Source: an uncultured Acidimicrobiales bacterium (lineage in GTDB: Bacteria > Actinomycetota > Acidimicrobiia > Acidimicrobiales > DATKAS01). Taken from it: a stretch of 64,000 nucleotides of DNA. Location: positions 289,535 to 353,534 of the forward strand of contig CAVXAI010000013.1 in the NCBI GenBank assembly GCA_963759645.1. Reading direction: 5' to 3'. The position numbers and the translations under genes were made by a program. Each line of letters starts with the position of its first letter. Position 1 is the stretch's first letter. The notes below the pieces were generated by a model. That model was given only the letters and a program-made list of their open reading frames with translations, was not told where the DNA came from and ran no database searches. Shown here piece by piece: positions 1-11,628 of this stretch.

Positions 1-3000
1 CGCAGTCGCTGCGACGGCGAAGCGCCGCCTCGGCCCCCATCAACGGGTGGTCGCTCACATAGAGCCCGAGCATCTCCTTTTCCAGCTTGAGTCTCTGGGC
101 CTTGTCGAACTCGAGGTCAGGAATCGGGACTCGCTCGTTGTACGCGGCATCGACTGCGCCGGCCTCGCCGAAGAGGCTCATCACCCCCTGGTCGCGCTCG
201 CGACGGCGAGCCAGGGTCACGTCGACGACCTGCTCGCAGACCATCAGCAATCCCCGGCGGGGATGGCCCAGGGAGTCGAACGCGCCGGCCTTGACGAGTG
301 ATTCGATCGCCCGCTTGTTGAGCACGCTCGGGTCGACCCGCTCGCAGAAGTCGTAGAAGTCGCTGAACGGCCCGCCCTTGTCTCGCTCCTCGAGGATCTG
401 ACGCACGAGTCCCTCGCCGACGTTGCGCACGGCGGACAGACCGAACGGGATCAACCCGACGCAGCCGGCCGGCAATGTCATCCCGGGCGGAGCCTCCTCG
501 ACACCGAGGGCAGTGAAGTCGAGCGAGGACACGTTCACGTCGGGGACGAGGACCTTGATGTCCATCTGACGGCACTCGGCGAGGTACACGCCGGCCTTGT
601 CCTGACTCGCCTTCACGCTCGTGAGGAGCGCCGCGAGGTATTCGACCGGGTGATGCACCTTGAGAAACGCCGTCTGGTACGCCACGAGCCCGTACCCGTA
701 CGAGTGGCTCTTCGGGAAGGCGTAGTCGGCAAACGGCTCGATGATGTCGAAGAGCTTCGTGCCGACCTCGGCGCCGTAGCCGGTCGATGTGCATCCGTCG
801 ACGAACTTCGCGCGCTCTTTCACCATCAGCTCGCGGATCTTCTTCGCGCACGCCTTGCGAAGGTTGTCGGCCTCGGAGAGCGTGTAGCCCGCGAACCTCT
901 GCGCCACTCGCATCACCGACTCTTGGTAGATCATCAAGCCGTAGGTGTCGGCGAGCAGATCTTCCATGTCGGGATGGATGTAGGTGATCGGCTTCCGCCC
1001 GTTCTTCCGATCGGCGTAGTCGAGGTGCATGTTCGCGGCCATCGGCCCGGGGCGGTAGAGCGCGACGAGGGCGGCGACGTCGTCGAAGCTGGTAGGTGCG
1101 AGCGAGCGCATCAACGAGCGCATCGGTCCGCCTTCGAGCTGGAACACGCCGATTGAGTCGCCGCGGCGGAGCATCGCGAGAGCTCGGTCGTCGTCGAGCG
1201 GAATGGCGTCGATGTCGACGAACGTGCCTGTCCGCGCGCGGATGAGCTCGACGGTCTCGTCCATGACCGAGAGGTTCCGCAGGCCGAGGAAGTCCATCTT
1301 CAGCAACCCGAGATCCTCGACCCCGTGCATCTCGTACTGCGTGACGATCGGGGCGTTCTCGGGATCCTGGCCGTTCTCCGGCTTGCGCTGCAGCGGGAGG
1401 TACTCGGTGAGCTCGTTGCGGGTGATCACGACCGCGGACGCGTGGATGCCGGCCTGACGGCGCAGCCCCTCGAGGCCGCGCGCAACATCCACGACCTTCT
1501 TGACCTCGGGGTCGGTGTTGTACATCTCCCGCAGCTCGGACGCCGCCTTGTAGCCGTCCTCGTGCTTCGGGTCGAGCTCGAAGCACTTCGCCAGCGGCGT
1601 GTCGCGCCCCATCACGAGCGGCGGCATCGCCTTGGCCACCTTGTCGCCGACCGCGTACGGGTAACCGAGCACTCGCGCGGCATCGCGGACCGCGGCCCGC
1701 GCCTTGATCTTGGAGAAGGTCACGATCTGCGCCACGTGGTCGCGCCCGTACTTCTCGGCGGCGTACCGGATCATCTCGTCGCGATAGCGATCGTCGAAGT
1801 CCATGTCGATGTCGGGCATCTGGACTCGGCCCGGGTTCAGGAACCGCTCGAACAGCAAGTCGTACTTGATCGGGATCGAGGTCGGTGATGCGCAGGCAGT
1901 AGGCGACCGCACATCCCGCCGCGCTGCCGCGACCGGGGCCGACGCGGATGCCTTGCTCACGGGCGTGGCGGATCAGGTCCCAGACGATGAGGAAGTACGA
2001 GGCGAAGCCCATCTCGGCGATGACCTGCAGCTCGTACGACAGGCGCTCGGCGATCGTCGGGTGGAGGTGCTTGCCCCATCGCTGCTCGGCGCCTTCGAGC
2101 GTCAGGTGTCGGAGGTACTCGACGTCGCCCGCGTGGCCTTCGGGGATGGGGAACTCGGGCAGCTGCGGTTTGCCGAACTCGATCTCGACATCGGCTCGTT
2201 CGGCGACCCACAGCGTGTTGTCGCAAGCGTCGGTGCGCTCGCGGAAGAGGTACCGCATCTCGGCGGCCGACTTGAGGTAGTGCTCCTCACCCTCGAACTT
2301 GAACCGCTTCGGGTCGTCGATCGTGGTGCCCGTCTGCACACACAACAGACGCGTCGTGCGCGACCGCGTCATGGCGGTGCACGTAGTGGCTGTCGTTCGT
2401 CGCGAGCACAGGAAGTGAGAGGCGCTCGGCGATGTCGAAAAGCGCGCCCATCGTCTGGTGCTGCGCCGGGATGCCGTGATCCTGGAGCTCGACGAAGAGA
2501 TGCTCCGGCCCGAAGATGTCGCGCAGACGCGCGGTCTTGTCGAGCGCTCCTTGCTGGTCACCGGCCATCAGCGACTGCAACACGTGGCCACCGAGACAGC
2601 CCGTGGTCGCGATGAGGCCCTCGTGGTGGCGCTCGAGCAGCTCCCAGTCGACGCGCGGTTGGTAGTAGTAGCCCTCGAGGAAGGCCAGGCTCGCGAGCTT
2701 GATGAGGTTGCGGTATCCGACCTGGCTCTCGGCGAGCAAGGTCAGGTGGTAGTAGAGCTTCTGCCCGCCCTCAGTTTCGCCACCCGAGTCATCGACGCGA
2801 CCGCGGCGCGTCGGCCGCTCGAACCGCGACTCCCCGGCCATGTAGGCCTCCATCCCGATCACGGGCTTCACGCCCGCGTCGCGACAGGCCTTGTAGAAGT
2901 CGAGAACTCCGTACATGTTTCCGTGATCGGTGATGCCGACCGCCGGCTGCCCATCGGCCACCGCCGCATCGATGACCTCTGCCACCCGCGCCGCTCCGTC

Positions 3001-3051
3001 GAGCATCGAGAACTCGGTGTGCAGGTGGAGGTGGACGAACGAGTCCCCCAA
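1..3051 (-). CDS. dnaE: DNA polymerase III alpha subunit (3' end runs off the window; several frameshifts)
   Basis: PHP domain ([30 protein letters not shown]) and GPGRGSAAG motif across ORFs 2287..3408 and 117..2561. TTG start follows a GGAGG SD. Confidence 0.95.
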
Positions 3052-3112
3052 TGCCGAACTCCCTCCCCAGCGGCGAATTACGACGGTGTGATTTGCACGG
3101 TAGCAGGGACGC

Positions 3113-3619
3113 TCAGAGGTACGTCCCTGGCCGCTGGTCGGGCCCTGTCGGCGGGCCTTGCCCAGGCGGGAGCTGGCCCCGCATCTGCTCGAGCTGCTGG
3201 CGAGCGGCGACCTGCTGGGCGAACAGCGTCGCCTGGATGCCGTGGAACAGGCCCTCCAGCCACCCCACCAGCTGCGCCTTCGCGACGCGCAGCTCCGCGT
3301 CGCTCGGCGTCGCGTCGGCGAACGGCGGCGCCAGGCGGTTGAGCTCGTCGCGCAGGTCCGGTGAAAGCGCCTCGCCGAGCTCGCGCACCGAGGTCTCGTA
3401 GATGTCACGCAGGCGGTCGCGGCTGCGCTCGTCGAGCGGTGCGGCGCGCACCTCGTCGAGGAGCTGCTTGATCATCGAGCCGATCCGCATGACCTTGGCC
3501 GGCTGCTCGATCGTCTCGACGTCTTGCTTCTCGACGTCGGAGCCACTGCCAGGCATCGTCACCAGCTCCGCCGGCACGACCACCTCGTCACTCATACTCA
3601 TGCCCACGGCCACTGACAT
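3113..3619 (-). CDS. bpa: Bacterial proteasome activator Bpa/PafE (DUF2587)
   Basis: IEQPAKVMRIGSMIKQLLDEVR...AQLVGWLEGLFHGIQ, with C-terminal HbYX motif GTYL. TAGTGT -10 box lies 7 nt before the ATG. Confidence 0.9.
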   Translation of the reverse strand: MSVAVGMSMSDEVVVPAELVTMPGSGSDVEKQDVETIEQPAKVMRIGSMIKQLLDEVRAAPLDERSRDRLRDIYETSVRELGEALSPDLRDELNRLAPPFADATPSDAELRVAKAQLVGWLEGLFHGIQATLFAQQVAARQQLEQMRGQLPPGQGPPTGPDQRPGTYL

Positions 3620-3629
3620 GCCCGGCACA

Positions 3630-4734
3630 CTAGGGCGACGACGCGAGGAGCGGAACCAGCATCTCTGCTGACGTGAGCGACCCGTGACGGGCCACGAGGG
3701 AGAACGGTCCGGTGTCAGCGGGGTCGTCGAACGCGACATCATCACGGGCCGCGAGCAGCACGTCACCGAGACGATCCGCCGCACCGGGGAGGACCCGCGG
3801 GCCGAGCCATCCCTCATCGAGCACCTGCTCGCGGCTCACGACCCACGCGCACTCCGCGTAGCGCGCCTTCGCGGCGTCAAGCAGGTCGAGAGCCGCGCCG
3901 TCGTAGGCGTGGAGCCAACGTGCTCGCCCTTCCCCCGACTGTCCACGAAGGAGCGAAAGGAGGTCCGCGTCGAGCGGACGCACGTTGTCGCCGACGTCGA
4001 CCTGGCCGTGGTCGGCGGTGATGAGCAGCACCGCGCCCGGCGGCATCACCTCGAGCAGGTCGCCGATCAACCGGTCCACCCACGTCAGCTCGGCGCGGTA
4101 GTGCGCGCCGAGCCCGTACTCGTGCGCGACCTTGTCGATGCCGTCGTAGTAGGCGTAGATGAACGGCTCGCCGCTCGCGAGCAGGTCGCGCACCTCGGTG
4201 GTCAACGTGGACGGGACGCGCCATCCTCGCCAACGCACCCCGTTGAGGTGCGCCAACGAGAAGCCCGAACCGAAGAACTCGGCCTTCGTGACGACCGGCG
4301 GACGCTGCCCGAGGAACGGCTCGTACGGCTGCAGCTGCTCCGGTGGTATGGCACGGCGCGCGTCGCCGCGCGGTGTCGACCACCGCAGGACGTTCAGCAC
4401 CTCGCCGTGCACGTCGATCCGGTAGCCCACGACCCCGTGCTCCCCGGGTGGCAGGCCGGTGCTGATCGAGGTCAGCGCCGTCGCGGTGGTCGACGGCACC
4501 ACTGAGGTGATCGGGCCACCGTCCATCGCTGAAAGCACCGGCATGAGAGACCGGTGCGCCTGGAGCTGATCCCAGCCGAGGCCGTCGAGCACCAGGAACA
4601 CGACCTGCGGGGCCTGCAGGGCGCTCGGGGGGAACCACGCCGGCGCGGGGTCGACGGTGGGGCCCGAGCAGGGCCGGGATGACGTTGCTGAGGCAGGCCC
4701 CGCCGTAGTCAGGCAGGACGGGACTATCACCCAC
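3630..4734 (-). CDS. Alkaline phosphatase superfamily / nucleotide pyrophosphatase-phosphodiesterase (frameshift near 4670)
   Basis: VLDGLG, PSTTATAL, DKVAH, TADHG and HGSL metal-binding motifs. Confidence 0.85.
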
Positions 4735-4822
4735 GAGGGTCCTTCGGAGAGAGCGAGACGACTGCGGACACGATCATGACAGGGGCCATAGCGAAGCAGA
4801 CGCGAGGTCCTACAGTGAGGTC

Positions 4823-5272
4823 GTGCGGGTGTCCACACGCGGTGACTACGCCAGCAGGGCCCTGCTTTCGCTTGCCTTGCACGCGGACGAGTCGGGACCG
4901 ACCTCGGTCCGTGACATCGCGGAGCGCACCGGACTCCCCCAGCCCTACCTGGAGCAGATCCTGCTCGCGCTCAAGGGAGCGGGCCTCGTGCGCTCCAAGC
5001 GCGGCGTCGGGGGCGGCTACGTGCTCGCCCGTCCACCGTCGGAGATCACGCTGTCCGAGGTCGTGAGCGCCGTCGACGGCCCGATCGTGCTCGGCGACTT
5101 CGGGCTGCCCCACACCGACGGCGCGTGCGACCACGAGGGGCAGTGCGTGCTGCTCGCGATCTGGAACGTCGTGGGTGAGCACATGCGCACGCGCCTCGAG
5201 TCGTACACGCTGGCGGACATCGCGGCGCAGGCCCGCGGCGAGATGCCGTGGCCGGCCGAGGAGCGGTCCTGA
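4823..5272 (+). CDS. Rrf2 family transcriptional regulator
   Basis: YLEQILLALKGAGLVRSKRGVGGGY winged HTH and a C-x5-C motif. Confidence 0.92.
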   Translation: MRVSTRGDYASRALLSLALHADESGPTSVRDIAERTGLPQPYLEQILLALKGAGLVRSKRGVGGGYVLARPPSEITLSEVVSAVDGPIVLGDFGLPHTDGACDHEGQCVLLAIWNVVGEHMRTRLESYTLADIAAQARGEMPWPAEERS

Positions 5273-5278
5273 GGCGCT

Positions 5279-6204
5279 TCAGTCCGTCAAGCTCGCCAGC
5301 ACCGCGCGCGAAGTCCTCGGGCAGCGCTGACTCCACCTCTACTCGCACGCCGCTGACGGGATGCGCGAAGGAAGAGCGCTCGCGCGTGCAGCAGCGGGCG
5401 CGGTGCCGCGATGGGCTCTCGCTTGCCGCCATAGCGGCTGTCGCCGACGACCGGATGGTGGATGGCGGCGAGATGGACGCGCACCTGGTGCGTGCGCCCG
5501 GTCTCGAGCCGGCAGTCGAGAAGCGTCACGAGCGCGGGCGAGCGATACGCACGTTCGACGTGGTAGTGGGTGCGCGCGTCGCGACCACGTGAGCTCACGG
5601 TCATGCGCGTGGGGTCGCGCGCCGAGCGACCCACCGGCGCGTCGATCACCCCGGTCGCCGGCTCGGGCCGCCCCCACACGAGCGTCGTGTAGCGACGCTC
5701 GACCGACCGATGTGCGAGCTGGTCGACGAGCACGCCGTACGCCGCGGGAGATCGAGCGACGACGAGAAGCCCGGACGTGCCCTTGTCGAGGCGATGGACG
5801 ATGCCGGGACGGGCGGGGTCGCCCACGCTCGGCGATCTCCGGGAAGCGAGCGAGGAGGCCGTTCACGAGTGTTCCCGTCGGGTTGCCCGCACCTGGGTGG
5901 ACGACGAGACCCGGTGGTTTGTCCACGACGACGACGTCGGCGTCCTCGTACACCACGTCCACGACGACGGTCGGATCGGGCTGCACGCCGGCGACATCGG
6001 CTCGGGGGCAGCTCGATCCGCACCCGGGAGCCGTCGGACACTCGCCGCTTGACGGAGCGCTCGACGCTTCCCGTCGACCTCGACGGATCCGCCATCCACG
6101 AGCGACGCAGCGACCGCCCGACTCACGCCGGTCACCATCGCGACGACCCGGTCGAGTCGCTCGCCGTCCAGCGCCGCCGGTACGTCGATCTCCGTGATGT
6201 TCAC
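5279..6204 (-). CDS. RluA/RluD family pseudouridine synthase (frameshifted)
   Basis: N-terminal S4-like domain, [29 protein letters not shown]. Lies downstream of lspA. Confidence 0.9.
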
Positions 6205-6228
6205 GGCAGGGTGTTCACGACAGGGTGG

Positions 6229-6729
6229 TCAGGGTGTCACGACGGCTCGGCGATCGGCCTCCGTCGGCGTGCTTCGGACACCGATCACCACGAGCAGGAT
6301 GCCACCGATCACCACCGCAGCATCGGCCACGTTGAACACCGGGTACCACTGCGGATCGATGAAGTCGACGACGTGGCCGCCGAGGAACCCGTCGCCGTTG
6401 CGGAAGAAGCGGTCGAGCAAGTTGCTGATCGCACCGCCGAGGACCAAGCCTCCGGCGACCGCCGCGAGCTTCGTCGGCGCGCGCGAGGTGCCGAGGAGCA
6501 GCACGGTCACGAGCACGATGCCGACGACGGCGATGAGCGGACCGAAGCCTCGCCCACGTCCGAATGCCATGCCGCTGTTGAACGTGAGGTTCAGCTGGAA
6601 CGTCCAGAACAGGTGGATGATGCGATCCTGAAGGTTGGCGACTGCCCACCACTTCGTGAGCTGGTCGACCACGATCACGGCGGCCGCGATGCCGAGCGCG
6701 AGGACGAGACGACCTCGCCGGCCGGTCAC
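6229..6729 (-). CDS. lspA: Lipoprotein signal peptidase II
   Basis: DQLTKWW, NSGMAF, GAISNLLDR, VVDFI and FNVAD motifs. Confidence 0.95.
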   Translation of the reverse strand: MTGRRGRLVLALGIAAAVIVVDQLTKWWAVANLQDRIIHLFWTFQLNLTFNSGMAFGRGRGFGPLIAVVGIVLVTVLLLGTSRAPTKLAAVAGGLVLGGAISNLLDRFFRNGDGFLGGHVVDFIDPQWYPVFNVADAAVVIGGILLVVIGVRSTPTEADRRAVVTP

Positions 6730-6730
6730 G

Positions 6731-7464
6731 TCAGCGTGAGGTGGTGCCCAGTCCGCCCACCTTCTCCTCCACTCGCTCAGACGCCCACGGGATGGCGCGC
6801 AGACGCTCCTTCGGGATCGGCTGCCCGGACACGATCGACAGGCCGTAGGTCTTGTCCTCGATCCGCGCGAGCGCGGCGTCGATCTCGGCGACTGCCTGCA
6901 ACGCGTGCTGCGCTCATGGCGAGGTCGCGCTCGCGCTCCACGACGATCGTGTCGCCCTCGCCCGACTCCTCGTCGAACTGGACGTCACCGGGCTCGAGGT
7001 CCTCGACGAGAGCGGCGGCCTCCGACGCGAGCCGGTCGGCCTGGCGCGTGTAGCGCGCCCGCTCCTCGAGCAGCATCTCGCGCTGCGCTTCGAGGAACTT
7101 CGCGTCGTAGGGCGTCACCTTCGGCTTCGGCGGAGGCGGCGGCTTCGGCGGCGGCGGCCGGCTTCGCCGGAGCCGCCTTCTTCGCGGGAGGCGCGGCCTT
7201 CTTCGCTGGCCACCTTCTTGGGGGGCGCGGCCTTCTTCGCCGGAGCGGGCTTCTTGGCCGCCGTTGCCTTCTTGGCCGGCGCGGCCTTCTTCGCGCGGCG
7301 CTGACTTCTTGGACGAGCGCGGGCTTCGCGACCGCCGCCGACTTCTTGGCGGGGGCCGCCTTCTTCGCGGGAGCCTTCGAAGACGCGGACGCCTTCTTCG
7401 TCGGAGCCTTCGCCGCCGCAGACTTCTTTGCCGGCACCTTCTTCGGGGAGCTTGCCTTCGCCAT
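6731..7464 (-). CDS. DksA/TraR family protein with Ala/Lys/Pro-rich N-terminus (frameshifted)
   Basis: N-terminal PAKKAA repeats. C-terminus translated by hand: EIDAALARIEDKTYGLSIVSGQPIPKERLRAIPWASERVEEK. Confidence 0.85.
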
Positions 7465-7523
7465 CTGGAGTCCTCTCGTGCCGGCAAGGGGTCCGGAACT
7501 GTATGTCCTGCCCGCGACGAGGC

Positions 7524-7871
7524 TCAACCACCCCGGCCGGGCCGGCGATCGATCGCGTCGCCGGAGTCCGCGAGCAGGCGATCGAGCAACAGCGGCACGC
7601 CGTCGAGCTCGATCCCTTCGATGCGGAAGCGCTTCGAGCGGCTGGTCGCTCCACCGACGAGGGTGACCTGCGCGGCCTTCACTCCGAACTGCTCGGCGAG
7701 CAACCCGACGAGGGCCTCGTTGGCTCGGCCGTCCTGCGGTGGCGCGGCGACCTTGACCTTCAGCGCGTCGCCGTGGCGGCCGACGACCGCGGAACGGCCC
7801 GCGCCGGGCTGCGCGTGAACCCGCAGCACAATCGCATCGTCGCCGGCTGTGTCGTACAGAGCGGCGGTCAT
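7524..7871 (-). CDS. DUF167/YggU family protein
   Basis: VHAQPGAGRSAVVG...LKVKVAAPPQDGRANEAL...GATSRSK. Confidence 0.88.
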   Translation of the reverse strand: MTAALYDTAGDDAIVLRVHAQPGAGRSAVVGRHGDALKVKVAAPPQDGRANEALVGLLAEQFGVKAAQVTLVGGATSRSKRFRIEGIELDGVPLLLDRLLADSGDAIDRRPGRGG

Positions 7872-7969
7872 GAGGTCCGTACTGTACGCACCTCGCGCCG
7901 TACTGGCCCCGGGATCAGGGGAGTCGAACTGGCCCAGGGACGGGGAGGCCAACCCCTACGATTGACCCC

Positions 7970-10900
7970 ATGCCCTTCGGCCCGGTCGATCCGAACCTCG
8001 ACCTCGTCGCCCTCGAGGAGGAGACACTCGAGCGGTGGCGGTCGCGGGACGTGATCGAGGAGACGAAGCGGCTGCGCAAGGGGGCCGAGCCCTGGATCTT
8101 CTACGAGGGCCCGCCGACGGCGAACGGTCGCCCGGGCCTTGCACCACGTGTGGGCCCGCGTGTTCAAGGACCTCTATCCCCGATTCCAGACGATGCGCGG
8201 CCGCGATGTGCCCCGCAAGGGTGGGTGGGACTGCCATGGCCTCCCCGTCGAGATCGAGGTCGAGAAGGAGCTCGGTCTCACCTCGAAGCACGACATCGAG
8301 GCCTATGGCGTCGCCGAGTTCACCCAGCGATGCCGCGACTCGGTGTCGCGATACGTAGAGGACTGGGCCGCGCTCACCGCGCGCTCCGGCGTCTGGATCG
8401 ACACCAAGGACGCGTACTGGACGCTGTCCAACGAGTACATCGAGTCGGTCTGGTGGATCATCCGCCAGATGTGGGACAAGGGGCTCATCTACGAGGGACA
8501 TCGAGTCTCGCCCTACTGCCCACGTTGCGGCACCGCGCTCGCGAGCCACGAGGTCGCCCAGGGCTACAAGGACGTCGTCGACCCCTCCGTCTACGTGCGC
8601 TTCCCGCTCGTCGCGGGCGCCGCCGCTGACGCAGACCTTCTCGTCTGGACGACGACGCCATGGACGCTCGTATCGAACGTCGCGACCGCAGTCGGCCCCG
8701 AGGTGTCGTACGTGCAGCTGCGCGGTGCCGCTCCGGGACGCGACCTGATCCTGGCTGCCGACGCGGTGCCGCGCCTGTTCGGCGACGGGCCGCACGACGT
8801 CGTCGCTCGCTTCGCCGGGCCCGACCTCGAGGGATGGCGCTACCAGCGTCCCTTCACCGATCTCCCGCTCGACTCGAGCGGCGAACGTGTCGTCGTGGCG
8901 GACTTCGTGTCGACGACCGACGGGTCGGGCATCGTGCATCTCGCGCCCGCGTTCGGCGAGGACGACGCCGCCATCGGACGCGCCGAGGGGCTCCCGGTGC
9001 TCAATCCCGTCGACGCCGACGGCGCCTTCGACCACCGAGTGCCCGGCCTCACGGGCATCTTCGTGAAGGAAGCGGATCGACGGCTGATCGACGACCTCGC
9101 CTCGCGCGGGCTTCTCGTGCGAGAGGTGCCGTACGAGCACAGCTATCCCCACTGCTGGCGCTGCGGCACGCCCGCTCATCTACTGGGCCAAGACGTCGTG
9201 GTTCGCACGCACGTCCGACCAACGACCGGCGCTGCTCCGCGAGAACGAGCGCATCGGCTGGCATCCCGACCATCTGAAGCACGGACGCTTCGGGAACTGG
9301 CTCGAGGGCAACGTCGACTGGGCTCTCTCGCGCGACCGGTACTGGGGCACGCCGCTGCCGGTGTGGCGCTGCCAGAGTGGACATGACACATGCATCGGCA
9401 GCGTGGCCGAGCTCGCCGATCTCGCTGGACGCGACCTCACGGCCCTCGATCTCCATCGTCCCTACGTCGACGCGGTCACGTTCCCTTGCCCACACGACGG
9501 ATGTTCCGCGACAGCGAAGCGCGAGCTCCCCGTGCTCGACGCGTGGTTCGACTCGGGATCGATGCCGTCCGCGCAGCATCACTATCCGTTCGAGGGCAAG
9601 TCCGAGTTCGAGAGCTCGTTCCCCGCCGACTTCATCTGCGAGGCCATCGACCAGACGCGCGGCTGGTTCTACTCGCTGCTCGCCGTGAACACGCTGGTGT
9701 TCGACTCCACCCCGTTCAAGAACGTCGTGTGCCTGGGTCTCCTCGTCGACGACGACGGACAGAAGATGTCGAAGTCGAAGGGCAACGTCATCGACCCGTG
9801 GATGAAGACTGCGACCCACGGTGCCGACGCGCTCCGGTGGAACTTCTTCTCGGGCGGCCAGCCATGGACGACGCGCCGGGTCTCCGACGAGGGGTTCCGT
9901 GAGACCACACGCAAGACGCTCTTCACGCTCTGGAACGTGTTCTCGTTCTTCGCTACCTACGCGGACCTCGACGGGTGGGCGCCGAGCGACGAACGAGTCG
10001 ACCCAACACATCTGCTCGACCGGTGGATCCTCAACGAGCTCGACGACACCGTCGCCGTCGTGACCACCGCGCTCGACGACTTCGACGCGCTCACTGGCGG
10101 CGACGCGACTCGCCACGTTCGTCGACGACCTCTCGAACTGGTACGTGCGTCGCAGCCGGCCCCGGTTCTGGAAGAGCTCGGACCCGGTCGCCCACCAGAC
10201 ACTGCACCGCTGCCTGGTCGTGACGAGCCAGCTGCTCGCCCCGTTCTGCCCGTTCCTGTCCGACGAGATCTACACCCGGCTCACCGGCGAGCTCTCGGTG
10301 CACACCTCCGACTGGCCGGCGGCTCGCAACGCCGATGGCGCGCTGGCGTCAGAGATGGAGTTCGTGCGGCGGCTGGTGTCGGTCGGCCGTGCCGCGCGCG
10401 CCGACGCGAAGGTCAAGGTGCGTCAGCCCCTGCGGCGAGCCCTGCTGCTCCATCCCGGGGCGACCTTGTCCGACGAGGCAAGAAGCTGAGATCGCCGACG
10501 AGCTCAACGTCAAAGCGTTGGACGACATCGAGAGCCTGTCTGGCCTCGTCTCGTGGACCGTGATCCCGAACTTCCGAGCGCTCGGGCCGACGGCTCGGCG
10601 CAGAAGGTGAACGAGGTGAAGGCGGCACTCGCGTCGGCCGACGGAGCCGAGATCCAGGCCGCGCTCGAGCGCGACGGATCGGTGGAGATTGCCGGTGAGC
10701 GGCTGAGCGCCGACGAGGTCGAAGTGCGCGCCGAGCGCCATCGCGACTTCGCGCTGGCGCAGGACGGTTCGTGGGCGGTGGCCCTCGACCTCGATCTCGA
10801 CGACGACCTCCGCAACGAAGGCACCGCCCGCGAGGTCGTGCGAGCGATCAACGATCTGCGCAAGGAGGTCGGCCTCGAGCTCTCCGACCGGATCTCCGTG

Positions 10901-11074
10901 GCGCTCGCCGCTCCCGCGCCAGTGGCGTACGCGGTGAGCCAGCATCGGGCCTGGATCGCGGGGGAAGTCCTCGCGCAACAGCTCGAAGTCGGCGACGCGG
11001 TCAACGGGCACGGGGCCGCCCACGAGCTCGAAATCGACGGCACCCCAGTCACGGCGTGGATGGCGAGGGTCTGA
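7970..11074 (+). CDS. ileS: Isoleucine--tRNA ligase, type 2 (multiple frameshifts)
   Basis: EGPPTANG, GWDCHGLPVE, WTTTPWTL, DWALSRDRYWGTP, DQTRGWFY and KMSKS motifs. Confidence 0.95.
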
Positions 11075-11077
11075 GGA

Positions 11078-11576
11078 GTGGCGATTTCGCCTCCGAAGCC
11101 GCCGCCGAAGGCGCCAGCGCGAGCAACGGTCTCCATCACGCCAGCGCGCACGGTGCCTCAACGGGCCGACGGTGGCCTCGCGTCCGCTCGAAATCGGGTG
11201 CGTCGCCGCGGTCCGTTCGTCGCCCTTCTCGTGCCCGCGGTCACTGCCGGGCTCGCGGCAATCGTCCTCGAGATCCCCGCGACCGGGCACAACTCGAACA
11301 TGCTCGGTGTGGCCGGCTCCGTGCTTGCGCTCCTCGCGGTGCCCACCGCCGTGGCGTTCGGCATCCCGGTGGAGGTTGGTCCGGTCCGAGCCGGGCCTCG
11401 CCATCGCGACGAGCCTGCTGTTGTGGGCGCTTCTCGGATGGTGGGCAAGCCGCCGCGTCTCGCAACGAGCGATCGGCGGATGGCGGGAATGGTTCGTCGA
11501 GTTCGGGTGGGTGACCTTCTGCCTGTGGGCAGGCGTGCTCACCGGCGTCGGCGTGCTGCTGCGCCTCGCGAGCTGA
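11078..11576 (+). CDS. Hypothetical membrane protein (frameshift near 11390)
   Basis: About four hydrophobic helices across ORFs 11078..11842 and 11172..11576, ending WREWFVEFGWVTFCLWAGV. Confidence 0.6.
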
Positions 11577-11628
11577 CACTCACGCCCCGACATCACGCCC
11601 TGACACTCACACCCCGACGCTCACACCC
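11574..11628. repeat. Four tandem 13-14 nt repeats YGACRCTCACRCCC
   Basis: tgacactcacgccc / cgacatcacgccc / tgacactcacaccc / cgacgctcacaccc, between convergent stop codons. Confidence 0.8.

Noticed and set aside
1-3051. Intein or split dnaE
   Set aside because: The breaks are single-base frame changes with continuous homology, and I saw no intein motifs.
7872-7969. Actinobacterial ileS T-box riboswitch
   Set aside because: The intergenic region is too short, no T-box motif is visible, and a -10 box directly precedes the ATG.
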